A DNA stretch of 43,054 nt, from the NCBI GenBank assembly GCA_944389435.1, contig CALXMI010000016.1:1-43054 (forward strand), given 5' to 3'. The position numbers and the translations under genes are program-made. Of this stretch, positions 9,772 through 18,478 are shown one piece after another (the first letter of the stretch is position 1; every line of letters starts with the position of its first letter). The notes beneath the pieces are model-generated. The model was not told where the DNA came from, did no database searches, and saw only the letters and a program-made list of their open reading frames with translations. The DNA is from an uncultured Opitutales bacterium (GTDB lineage: Bacteria > Verrucomicrobiota > Verrucomicrobiia > Opitutales > UBA9783).

Positions 9772-10206
9772 ATGAAAACACATACTAAAATCATGGCAAA
9801 CATACGTCCTTCATTGGGCGTACACGAAGGTTCGTTAACGAAACGCTCCAAGTTGGGCGCACTCAAGGCTCACACCTTGGTTTGTTTCGATAGCGATGAA
9901 CATTATGTTAAAACCTGTGGCGCAGATGATACGCCTTGGGGTATTTGCTTGAATGACGCAACGGAAAAGGAGGCCCTTGTTAGCATACAACCCTTGGCTG
10001 CATGTGCTCGAACAGCCAACATCCTTGTCTCCGGAAACGTGCAGGCTGGCCAACTCCTTTGTCAGGACGCGGACGGAAAGGTAAAGGCATTACCCACCGA
10101 CGAAGGTGTTTACAACATCGTGGGACTAGCTTTAACCCAAGGAGCTGCCAATGAATGCATAGAAGCGCTCACCGCACTACCTTATGAAATGGAGGTAACA
10201 GAATAA
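9772..10206 (+). CDS. DUF2190-like head protein (decoration/scaffold-like)
   Basis: 144 aa. Immediately precedes the capsid gene. G/A-rich beta-type sequence typical of DUF2190. Confidence 0.45.
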   Translation: MKTHTKIMANIRPSLGVHEGSLTKRSKLGALKAHTLVCFDSDEHYVKTCGADDTPWGICLNDATEKEALVSIQPLAACARTANILVSGNVQAGQLLCQDADGKVKALPTDEGVYNIVGLALTQGAANECIEALTALPYEMEVTE

Positions 10207-11117
10207 TGATGGAAACTACAACACAAGCAAACGAAACGCAGTTTAATCAACAATATTACTCAGATGAGTTAACGCAATTTGCGGAATCCTGGAAAGATGA
10301 TGAAGGCTTAATGACCCTGCTCAATTTCATCACACCCAAGGTCCCTGTTGCACGTAGATTTGATTACAAGAAAACCGACCACAATGAAATGTTCTTTTCT
10401 GAAGTCGATGATTTACGCAACCAAGGCAGTGGTTTTAAGCGTATTGAATTTACAGGCACAACTGTCCAAGCTAAGACCTTAAACAAAGGTCTTACGGTAC
10501 GCGTTGACACTGATGATATTGTAGGCGAAGATTGGCAAGAACGTTACGTCCATTTGCTGATGAAGCGCTTGTTGCGTAATGAATTGCGACGTGCGGTATG
10601 GGCGCTCAAGATGAACGCAACGGTAATTGAAAAAACATGGGGCGCGAATAGTCAGCCCGACATCGATATCCGCGAAACCTTACTGCAGTCAAGCGACCTT
10701 AATGGCTTCTATCCCAATCGCGTGCTCTTTGGAGAACTCGCATGGTACTTACGACAAGATTGTTACGCGCTCCAAAACAACGCAGGCGCTCGTATCTCTT
10801 CCGAAATGACACGCGCCAACTTAGCTGAAAAGCTGCTCGTCGACGATGTCCAGCTTTTAAGAAAGCAAAGCCTGGGCGTTCAAGGTAGTGAAATAAACGG
10901 CAACGAAATCTTTGCTTTCTATGGGCAAAACGGCTTACTAAAAGATGAGCCTTCACACATGAAGCGTTTTGTAACACCGATTGAAAACAATCAGCTCTTC
11001 CGTGTTTACGTTGAACCGCATACAAAATTTGTCGACGTCACCGTTGAACACTACAGTAACATTGTCGTAACCTCTCCACAAACCATCACGCAACTCACTG
11101 TAAAACAGCAAGCTTAA
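10206..11117 (+). CDS. Putative major capsid protein
   Basis: 303 aa. Size and position after the protease and DUF2190 genes. No direct motif proof. Confidence 0.55.
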   Translation: MMETTTQANETQFNQQYYSDELTQFAESWKDDEGLMTLLNFITPKVPVARRFDYKKTDHNEMFFSEVDDLRNQGSGFKRIEFTGTTVQAKTLNKGLTVRVDTDDIVGEDWQERYVHLLMKRLLRNELRRAVWALKMNATVIEKTWGANSQPDIDIRETLLQSSDLNGFYPNRVLFGELAWYLRQDCYALQNNAGARISSEMTRANLAEKLLVDDVQLLRKQSLGVQGSEINGNEIFAFYGQNGLLKDEPSHMKRFVTPIENNQLFRVYVEPHTKFVDVTVEHYSNIVVTSPQTITQLTVKQQA

Positions 11118-11170
11118 CCCCCTCAACTCGGGAGGATCTTTGTCCTCCCATAACCGCTTAAATCACGCTT

Positions 11171-11602
11171 ATGAACTTACAATGGACCTTACTTGAAGAA
11201 AACAACGTCGCTAATTACTTGGCCCAAGATCAGCTGGAATTGTTGTCTCGCCACAAAAACGGCGATGGGACAACGCCCTTAAGAAACATTATGCGGGACG
11301 TCTGCTCTTACATTCAAAGCCGTATTCCAGAGAAATTGCATCCGAATCCGTTGGCCCCTCGAATGATTCCAAATCCCTGCAAAACCGCTGCTTGCCAATT
11401 AGTTATAGAGGCCTTACAGTCGCGTATTCCTGAAATAAGCTTGTCGGAAGATCAAGTACGCAATGCTCAACAAGCGCGACAATCTCTTGAAGAGCTTTAC
11501 AAACAATGGTCGCATCGATTGGACATCCGCATTCAATCTCGTATTGAAGCCGCACACTTCCGTATCCGTGAAGCCCACCATCAATCTCTTAAAGGCTTAT
11601 GA
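11171..11602 (+). CDS. DUF1320 / Mu gp36-like head-tail adaptor
   Basis: 143 aa. N-terminus LEENNVANYLAQDQLELLS resembles the DUF1320 consensus start. Position after the capsid gene. Confidence 0.5.
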   Translation: MNLQWTLLEENNVANYLAQDQLELLSRHKNGDGTTPLRNIMRDVCSYIQSRIPEKLHPNPLAPRMIPNPCKTAACQLVIEALQSRIPEISLSEDQVRNAQQARQSLEELYKQWSHRLDIRIQSRIEAAHFRIREAHHQSLKGL

Positions 11603-12051
11603 AACCGATCTTAAATCATATCCAAAGCACACTGCTAACTTACCTACAAGCTCAGTCGGCTTTCAAAGACAACATCCATTTTTGGCTCCATTCGACCGCA
11701 TTACCGGACGAATCCTTATCGCAAAAATGGGCACAAACGCATCCGTTAAGCTTTGGGCTTTCGTATCCATTCCCATTGACCACTGCTGAGAATTTATCGC
11801 TGCCTTGCTGGGAAAATTTGTCGATCGAAGGCCTGCTACTCCAGAAGCAATCTCATCTTTCTATAGCCAAGTTTTTAGACATGGCTGAATCGCTCAGTTA
11901 TACAATCTCACACAAGAACTTTGCCAATGATCGCTGGGAAGGTCGCTTCATTTTGAATCCAAAAAAACCTTGGGAATGGACGCAACCGGCTCAAGGCATG
12001 GGCCTAAAAATTCACTTCATAACCTCCAACTTTAACACCTTCATCGCATGA
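11599..12051 (+). CDS. Hypothetical phage structural protein (head-tail joining region)
   Basis: 150 aa. ATGA coupling at both ends. Confidence 0.4.
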   Translation: MKPILNHIQSTLLTYLQAQSAFKDNIHFWLHSTALPDESLSQKWAQTHPLSFGLSYPFPLTTAENLSLPCWENLSIEGLLLQKQSHLSIAKFLDMAESLSYTISHKNFANDRWEGRFILNPKKPWEWTQPAQGMGLKIHFITSNFNTFIA

Positions 12052-12443
12052 AAATAACCCTCAATGAACATGTATTGGCAGGCGGAAACGATGCAAACGA
12101 AAACCCAACTCATTTGCAAATTTCAGGTCAACGCCAACTGCAATTTATCAAAACGATTCAATCACCCTACGTTCAGACGCAAGATCGCGGCAACCTACAA
12201 ATTAAGGTTTCCTTTGACGTTGGCCGTCGGCATAAGACGCAAGCGTCAGCCATCCAGCATATTTTAACGCACGCCAGCAGGCTTAGTAACGCCGGAGGTT
12301 GCTTGAAAATTGATCTAGAAGACAATACTCATCAACGTTTTTGCTTGGAATCGGCCACCTTAAATCGCATCGAAACATATTATAAAGGCAATGCTTCTTA
12401 CACAACTTACGAAATTTATGGAGGAAACTTACATGTCGCTTGA
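12048..12443 (+). CDS. Hypothetical phage structural protein
   Basis: 131 aa. ATGA coupled to the upstream ORF. Confidence 0.4.
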   Translation: MKITLNEHVLAGGNDANENPTHLQISGQRQLQFIKTIQSPYVQTQDRGNLQIKVSFDVGRRHKTQASAIQHILTHASRLSNAGGCLKIDLEDNTHQRFCLESATLNRIETYYKGNASYTTYEIYGGNLHVA

Positions 12444-12552
12444 AGGTACGCGCGCCGTCTGGGAAATGCTGTTTGACAACAATGAACGCATTAAAAAGCT
12501 TGAAGAAGCCCTGCAGGAATTAACCGAACAACTCGCAAATTTGAGGCCATAA
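12433..12552 (+). CDS. Small 39-aa helical protein (below the ORF-track cutoff)
   Basis: ATG at 12433 is preceded by GGAGGA (12420-12425). Product MSLEGTRAVWEMLFDNNERIKKLEEALQELTEQLANLRP. TAA at 12550-12552 lies 1 nt before the next ATG. Confidence 0.4.
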   Translation: MSLEGTRAVWEMLFDNNERIKKLEEALQELTEQLANLRP

Positions 12553-12553
12553 A

Positions 12554-14236
12554 ATGTCTTGGTTTTTAGCTTACAAAGGTACAAAAATGCCACTTCATCA
12601 ATGGCATATTTTTAACCTAAAACGAAGAATATTAAATCTCGGAACGGACGAAATTACCTTTCAAACTTCCCTGGACAATAACGTTTTTGAAAGCAACGAA
12701 ACCGTCGAGATTTATAAAGACGACACGCGTTGGTTTCAAGGAAAAATCACCCGCGTCCCCTACGAATATAGTTCCGAAAAACAACAACGCACCTACTACG
12801 TATCCGGCCCTTATTGGTATTTGGAACACTTGGTCTTTCAGCAACCTTGGCAATATCAGCATAACGATCAAGCGCTTACCGTTAACCGCGGACTATGCAT
12901 CTTGGGCCAATCTGAGTCGGGCGAAACCATTAACGCACAACAATGCCTGGAGGAACTCGTTCGTTACGCGCAAACCTGTGGCGCACCCATTACCTTGGGC
13001 GAAATCAAAGGCCTAGAGTTTTCATTTCCTTGCGAAACCGTTAAAGATAATACGTGTGCAGAAATCCTTAGGAAAATCCTACGTTGGGCCCCTGACACGG
13101 TTGTTTGGTTTAACTATAACACGCCTACGCCGACCTTACACATCTCCCGCACACAACACCTGCCGTCATGCACCCTTCCGCTTAATAGGCTCTCGCGGTA
13201 CAATCTAACGCCACGCCACGACCTGCAAATAAGTGCCGTCGAATTGAAATACGAGCATACGCATTCGGACGAATCCGGCTCTTGGAAAACAATTACGACA
13301 GACACCTATCCTCAAGGCGCTAAAAACGCCTTCAATACGCTTGTTGTCACAATTGAGCTGGAAGGATCCAAAACACATTCGCAGGAACAATGGGTTAAGG
13401 TTCAACCTCTCCAGCTTGACAACGTAGACTGGTGGAAGGCTCACTTCCCCTCTTTTGCCTCCATACCCAACGACAACATTCGCATTACAAACATTCATCG
13501 TACAACCGATCTGCCAAACGAATTAGTCGAAGGGGCTATTGCACCCTGGATGAACTGCAAAGCCGCTTACGAAACCATTACAGCCGACATTCACTACACG
13601 CAAGAAAACAATAACATCCATCAGAAAATGGCCGTTCGCTTATGCACAACAAATGCCACTTCTAAAACGTACAATCAACTGACCTATTTACGAACCGGTG
13701 TTACACCCCCTAAAGACTTAGCTAAGATTCTGTACGAATCTGCACGCTGCTTACGACACGAAGGTTTGATTCAATTTAAGCCCACGACGTTATTGCAAAA
13801 TTTCTTAGGCCAAACGTTTAACATTTCAGGTACGTCACCCGAATGCGAGCACTTAAACTTACCCGTTCAAGAAGCCACCATCGTATTGGATACTTACATG
13901 GTTACCTTAAAATTAGGCGCACCCAAGCAACTAGGCCCCAACGATTGGGTTCAACTGCTACAATCCAATCGCCTACGCCAGGTCACCGACGATCTCAATC
14001 AACGTTTTTCCCTAAAAAGCTTCGGGCAAACCAAGACCTACTTCCCGCATTTGACACCGTTGTTGAATTCAACCAGCAACACCCTTGTTTACAATAGATT
14101 AACCGTAGGAAACAGTCTTGACAAAACGATTTCCTTAGACCCCAACGTTTTACCCGACAAAACACAGTTAACACTGAAGCCCTTCGACGTTGTTGAAAAT
14201 GGCCGCCTGCAAAAAATTTGGCTTTTATCGTCTTAA
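12554..14236 (+). CDS. Large phage tail protein candidate (hub, fibre or receptor-binding); function unknown
   Basis: 560 aa, the largest ORF of the cluster. The N-terminus (...ITFQTSLDNNVFESNETVEIYKDDTRWFQGKITRV...YYVSGPYWYL) resembles gpD/hub-type tail proteins. Confidence 0.4.
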   Translation: MSWFLAYKGTKMPLHQWHIFNLKRRILNLGTDEITFQTSLDNNVFESNETVEIYKDDTRWFQGKITRVPYEYSSEKQQRTYYVSGPYWYLEHLVFQQPWQYQHNDQALTVNRGLCILGQSESGETINAQQCLEELVRYAQTCGAPITLGEIKGLEFSFPCETVKDNTCAEILRKILRWAPDTVVWFNYNTPTPTLHISRTQHLPSCTLPLNRLSRYNLTPRHDLQISAVELKYEHTHSDESGSWKTITTDTYPQGAKNAFNTLVVTIELEGSKTHSQEQWVKVQPLQLDNVDWWKAHFPSFASIPNDNIRITNIHRTTDLPNELVEGAIAPWMNCKAAYETITADIHYTQENNNIHQKMAVRLCTTNATSKTYNQLTYLRTGVTPPKDLAKILYESARCLRHEGLIQFKPTTLLQNFLGQTFNISGTSPECEHLNLPVQEATIVLDTYMVTLKLGAPKQLGPNDWVQLLQSNRLRQVTDDLNQRFSLKSFGQTKTYFPHLTPLLNSTSNTLVYNRLTVGNSLDKTISLDPNVLPDKTQLTLKPFDVVENGRLQKIWLLSS

Positions 14237-14260
14237 CCCCTCTTATAGGAAAGAAATACC

Positions 14261-14941
14261 ATGCCAATTGTCCCTGAATTCCGTACCTTGGTTAACGAAA
14301 TTGGCGTAACGCCCCGTAATATTTTCTGGCCTACCGATATGCATCTGCACAACATCTTAATTGATAAAAAAACCTACGTTTATTGGTATTGGATGCTATA
14401 TCAGTTGACCTTCAAATACGCGTATACCATTAATGGCGAACGTATCGAACGCACCATTAAAACTATCGTATTCGACTACTATAAAAGAATCGAGGGCCTG
14501 TTCGCTTTTGCCCAAAACACCTACGATGATGCAGACGGCATACAAACCGACTTAGACCTCCTTATTTGCCAACCTTACAATAATGAGCTAGCCCAAAATA
14601 GACAGACAACCATCCACTTGCAAGACGCTATTAAGGGCCGAAAATACGTTACAGGACCCTATGCTTACAGTAACCCTTTACCCCCTTCAACACCAGTATG
14701 GCTATGCTTTAAGTTTCAGGAATATGCCGACTGTGGCGACTTTATACTTGAAACATTACCCACCTACACAACAGGACCCGGCAGATGCGGATCTGAAGAG
14801 GACAACACCCTGCTGCACTCCTATGAAGCTTCCTTTTTGGGCTATCCTGTCACCTTCTTCCTTTCAACACCCACTCCACAAGACATCGAGGGATGTATTG
14901 ATAACATCACCATTGAAGCTGAATTTTACACACCACGGTAG
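14261..14941 (+). CDS. Hypothetical protein; last ORF of the phage-like cluster
   Basis: 226 aa. No motif recognised. Confidence 0.4.
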   Translation: MPIVPEFRTLVNEIGVTPRNIFWPTDMHLHNILIDKKTYVYWYWMLYQLTFKYAYTINGERIERTIKTIVFDYYKRIEGLFAFAQNTYDDADGIQTDLDLLICQPYNNELAQNRQTTIHLQDAIKGRKYVTGPYAYSNPLPPSTPVWLCFKFQEYADCGDFILETLPTYTTGPGRCGSEEDNTLLHSYEASFLGYPVTFFLSTPTPQDIEGCIDNITIEAEFYTPR

Positions 14942-14973
14942 AGGCGGACAATTCGATTGTTTTGTTGGGTAAT

Positions 14974-15008
14974 GTTTCGGTCATAATGGGCCTGAAACTT
15001 GCTTTTTT
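14974..15008 (+). terminator. Putative rho-independent terminator closing the phage-like cluster
   Basis: GTTTCGG (14974-14980) pairs with CCTGAAAC (14991-14998, one G:U pair). It is followed by TTGCTTTTTT. Confidence 0.4.
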
Positions 15009-15084
15009 AAACTTTTACCGAACCTCCGTTGGTTTACTTGAGATAAAACTTGCGGTTATTTAAAAAATTTTTGAGACTATAGCT

Positions 15085-15888
15085 ATGACATTTTCGTTCT
15101 ATAATCCAATGCCCTTGTCGATGCGATGGATCAAGCGAATCGTAGTCTGGCATATCGGCATTTTTGTTATTGCCAAAGTAATCCACATTTGGTTCGGATT
15201 AGACCTCTTAACACGTTTGCTAGGGTTAACCCCCCTTGCCTTGACCCATTGTCAAATATGGCGCCTTATCACCTATTCTTTCTTGCACGGGAACTTCTTG
15301 CATATTTTTTTCAACTTACTTTTGTTTTATTCCTTAAGTCGTTTCTTGCTGATGTACGAATTACGCTTGAAAGCCTTGCTGTGTTTATATTTTTCCGGCA
15401 TTTTTTGCGGAGGTCTCACATGGGCCTGCTTACATCTTTCAAGTCCTTACATGACTTTGGTCGGCCTTTCGGCAGGCGTGGCAACGTTATTAACTTATTT
15501 TTGCCTGCTCTACCCAGAAAAATCAATGACTTTACTACTGTTTTTTATCCTGCCTATCAACCTTAAGGCCATTTGGCTATTATACCTGTTCCTAGCTTAC
15601 GAAATTTTTTGTTTCTTGACCTATGAGCTTGCCTCGATGACAACCATTGCTCACTCGGCCCATTTGGCAGGAGCACTGGTAGGCGTGATTGCTGTTTTTC
15701 TACAAAAACGTAGGGAACGAACTTCTGAACAAAAGTTTACAAAAAAATCAACCTACCAAGTCCATATCGAGTCGCATAACGTTGTCGAAAATGTTCCCTT
15801 TAATATTTTGAAAAAATTACAAGACCAAGGCCTCGAGTCCTTATCGATGGATGAACGCAAATGGCTTGAAAATTACAGGAAACTTTAA
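15085..15888 (+). CDS. Rhomboid-family intramembrane serine protease
   Basis: 267 aa, polytopic. Catalytic-type motifs GLSAGV and AHSAHLAGALVG. Confidence 0.8.
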   Translation: MTFSFYNPMPLSMRWIKRIVVWHIGIFVIAKVIHIWFGLDLLTRLLGLTPLALTHCQIWRLITYSFLHGNFLHIFFNLLLFYSLSRFLLMYELRLKALLCLYFSGIFCGGLTWACLHLSSPYMTLVGLSAGVATLLTYFCLLYPEKSMTLLLFFILPINLKAIWLLYLFLAYEIFCFLTYELASMTTIAHSAHLAGALVGVIAVFLQKRRERTSEQKFTKKSTYQVHIESHNVVENVPFNILKKLQDQGLESLSMDERKWLENYRKL

Positions 15889-18069
15889 ATGAAACAATTG
15901 CATATTCTTTTTTTACTTTTATCGGCACAACTCACAGCGTTCGCAGGGACCTTGGAGCCCTCTGCCGTCATGCGAACCGAAACCATGATCATGACTCAGC
16001 TGCTAGAACAATTTCATTATTCACAACGGCCTCTAAGCGGCTTGCCTTACGAGAAGATCCTGCAAGACTACTTAACGTTGCTGGATCCACAAAAGATGTT
16101 TTTTTCAGAAAAGATTGTGCAAGATTTTCTAAAAAAATATAAATATTCGCAAGAAGTTATGTGGCGCGGAGGATGCTTAACGCCTGGATTTGAGATGTTC
16201 GCCTCTCTAAACCAACTGATTCAACAACGCATGCATTGGATTTCCAACCGACTGTCGAATCCTTTTGATTTCAAAACGCAAGCCGGTTACGAATATGATC
16301 GCAAGAATGCACCTTGGCCCGATAGCCTGTTTCAATTGGATCAATTATGGGAAAAACGTTTACAGCATGAGTTGCTAAACGAAATGCTATGCTCAACCCC
16401 AGAGGATTTAGCAACAGAAGGAAAAGCCACTTTGCCAAAGGAAATTGACAAAGACAAAGCTTTAAGCAATGAGGATAAGGCACGTCAAGAGCTCAAAAAG
16501 CGGTACGAAACCCTATCGAGCTTTTATGAAAAATTAGAAGCCATCGACATTCAAGAACTTTACAGCAATGCCTTGGCTCAGTATTATGATCCGCATACCA
16601 CATTTTTTTCAGCCGATTCCATGGAAGATTTTACCATCAGCCTAAGGAATTCACTATTTGGCATTGGAGCTTCTCTGTCGGAAGACAAGGGCATCTGCAC
16701 CATCAGAGAAATCTTGCCCGGAGGCCCGGCCGAAGAATCTCAAGCGCTTCATGCGGGCGATAAAATCTTGTCGGTCGCTCAAGGCAAGCACGATTTTATC
16801 AACATTCAAGGAATGAAGTTACGAAACTCCATCAAACTCATTCGCGGCCCCAAGGGTACAACGGTACGCCTACTCATTCAACCCGCTAATGGGGAACCAT
16901 CGGATCGAAAAATCGTTGAATTGGTACGCGATGAAATCAAGCTGGAAAATAATTTAGCCTCAGCCAAAATTTTTTACGTTCCAGACGGCTTACAGCATTA
17001 CCGTCGCATTGGTTGGATTGATTTGCCTACGTTTTACGGCCAAGATCCCAGTGCAAAGGAAACCTCGCACTCCTTATCAATGGACGTCAAAGAGCTAATT
17101 GAACGCATGAAGCATCACCGCATTGAGGGCATTATTTTGGACATGCGGCGTAATGGAGGTGGCCTGTTGTCGGAAGCCATCGATTTGGCAGGCTTGTTCG
17201 CAGACGCTTGTCCCGTCGTTCAAGTTAAAAATGCACTGCAACAAGTCGATTACCAATACGCACCGTCTAACGCTTGTGTATGGAAGGGGCCCTTACTGAT
17301 CCTAACGTCAAGATTCAGTGCATCAGCCTCTGAAATCGTTGCAGGTGCCCTTAAATGCTGTAATCGAGCACTTCTCTTCGGCGCTAAGACAACCCATGGC
17401 AAAGGCACTGTGCAGGCTATCATTGAGATGGATAAAATCTCCACAATGGCCCACTTCTTTTCAAAATTGGGCGCTTTAAAGATCACCTTGCAAAAATGGT
17501 ACTTGCCTAATGGTCAATCAACGCAATTAAATGGCGTCGCATCCGATATTGCCCTGCCGTCCCTTTACGACGTTTTGCCTATCGGTGAATCTGACTTGCC
17601 ACAAGCGTTGCCCTGTGATTCGGTCGAACCTATGCCTGCCGTTAAGCTGGACGCTTCCATGACTTTACCGGCAGGCCTCATCCAGTATTTGGTTCAAAAC
17701 CAACACGCAAGAGCCGCTTCACTGCCAGCCTATGCTTGGCATTCAAAACAGGTTGATTGGTTTGAAAAAAAGTATAAGCAGACGGAATTTTCTCTCAATT
17801 TAGATCAACGCATCCGCTCTATTAATGAGGAGCGCGCCTTCCGTAAATCCATCGATGCCGAAGAAAAACAATTGTACGCCTATGGTGCATTTTATCATCC
17901 GCTCTACTTAAACGGTATCACGCCCCCTCGCTCAAAAGACAAGATTGCCTTTGATTTTTGGGAATACGAAGCCTTAAATCTCATGGCCGATTGGTTACAG
18001 TACTTAATTCCTTACCATTGGCAGCTACAGGCTTGGTGCTATCTCTTCCCGCTACAAGCTCAAACTTAG
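15889..18069 (+). CDS. tsp: Tail-specific (C-terminal processing) protease, S41 family
   Basis: 726 aa. Signal peptide, PDZ-like segment (GIGASL...REILPGGPAEES...GDKILSV) and S41 catalytic region (TSRFSASASEIVAGAL, THGKGT). Confidence 0.85.
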   Translation: MKQLHILFLLLSAQLTAFAGTLEPSAVMRTETMIMTQLLEQFHYSQRPLSGLPYEKILQDYLTLLDPQKMFFSEKIVQDFLKKYKYSQEVMWRGGCLTPGFEMFASLNQLIQQRMHWISNRLSNPFDFKTQAGYEYDRKNAPWPDSLFQLDQLWEKRLQHELLNEMLCSTPEDLATEGKATLPKEIDKDKALSNEDKARQELKKRYETLSSFYEKLEAIDIQELYSNALAQYYDPHTTFFSADSMEDFTISLRNSLFGIGASLSEDKGICTIREILPGGPAEESQALHAGDKILSVAQGKHDFINIQGMKLRNSIKLIRGPKGTTVRLLIQPANGEPSDRKIVELVRDEIKLENNLASAKIFYVPDGLQHYRRIGWIDLPTFYGQDPSAKETSHSLSMDVKELIERMKHHRIEGIILDMRRNGGGLLSEAIDLAGLFADACPVVQVKNALQQVDYQYAPSNACVWKGPLLILTSRFSASASEIVAGALKCCNRALLFGAKTTHGKGTVQAIIEMDKISTMAHFFSKLGALKITLQKWYLPNGQSTQLNGVASDIALPSLYDVLPIGESDLPQALPCDSVEPMPAVKLDASMTLPAGLIQYLVQNQHARAASLPAYAWHSKQVDWFEKKYKQTEFSLNLDQRIRSINEERAFRKSIDAEEKQLYAYGAFYHPLYLNGITPPRSKDKIAFDFWEYEALNLMADWLQYLIPYHWQLQAWCYLFPLQAQT

Positions 18070-18203
18070 CGGTATCGATGAGGCTGACGAAATAAAGTTC
18101 TTAAGCGGGTTATTAACCAACTCAAATAAAGTGTTCACCTATGTTTTTTATGTCGATGATCACTGCCTTTTTTCGTATAATTTTAATTTAAACGCATTTG
18201 CGC

Positions 18204-18233
18204 TTGACTTGAACCTAAGGGATCATCCATAAT
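18204..18233 (+). promoter_or_regulatory. Sigma-70-like promoter for the tRNA pair
   Basis: TTGACT (18204-18209), an 18-nt spacer, then CATAAT (18228-18233). About 19 nt upstream of tRNA-Met. Confidence 0.4.
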
Positions 18234-18249
18234 GATCTACGATTGAATG

Positions 18250-18326
<77 letters not shown>

Positions 18327-18336
18327 ATCTTTTTTT

Positions 18337-18412
18337 GGGGAAGTAGCTCAGTGGATAGAGCAGCGGTCTTCTAAACCGAAGGTCGTGGGTTCGACTCCCA
18401 TTTTCCCCGCCA
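18337..18412 (+). tRNA. tRNA-Arg (anticodon TCT), CCA encoded
   Basis: Acceptor GGGGAAG/TTTCCCC, D-arm GCTCAGTGGATAGAGC, anticodon loop CTTCTAA, T-loop GGTTCGACTCC. Confidence 0.85.
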
Positions 18413-18478
18413 TTTTTCAAGCCAACTGCTTAGCCAATCTTTCTTAGACGTACATTTCAACTTTACCAAGCCTCGGCT

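Larger units (their letters stand above)
5589..14941 (+). mobile_element. Phage-derived virion morphogenesis cluster (Mu-type head module plus minimal tail). No integrase, regulation, replication or lysis genes. Prophage remnant or GTA-like element.
   Basis: 14 co-directional ORFs with gaps of 0-53 nt. Start/stop overlaps: ATGA at 6616, 11599 and 12048; GTGA at 9130; TAATG at 10204. Terminase, portal, protease, capsid and adaptor are recognisable. Confidence 0.65.

Noticed and set aside
5215-15084. Flanking att-like direct repeats for the phage-like cluster.
   Set aside because: Only trivial shared 6-7-mers (for example GGCGGAC at about 5447 and 14943) occur in the two intergenic flanks. That is too short to be meaningful without statistics.
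15126-15566. 146-aa plus-strand ORF overlapping the rhomboid gene in another frame.
   Set aside because: The rhomboid frame carries the family motifs. The alternative frame has no features and no independent start context.
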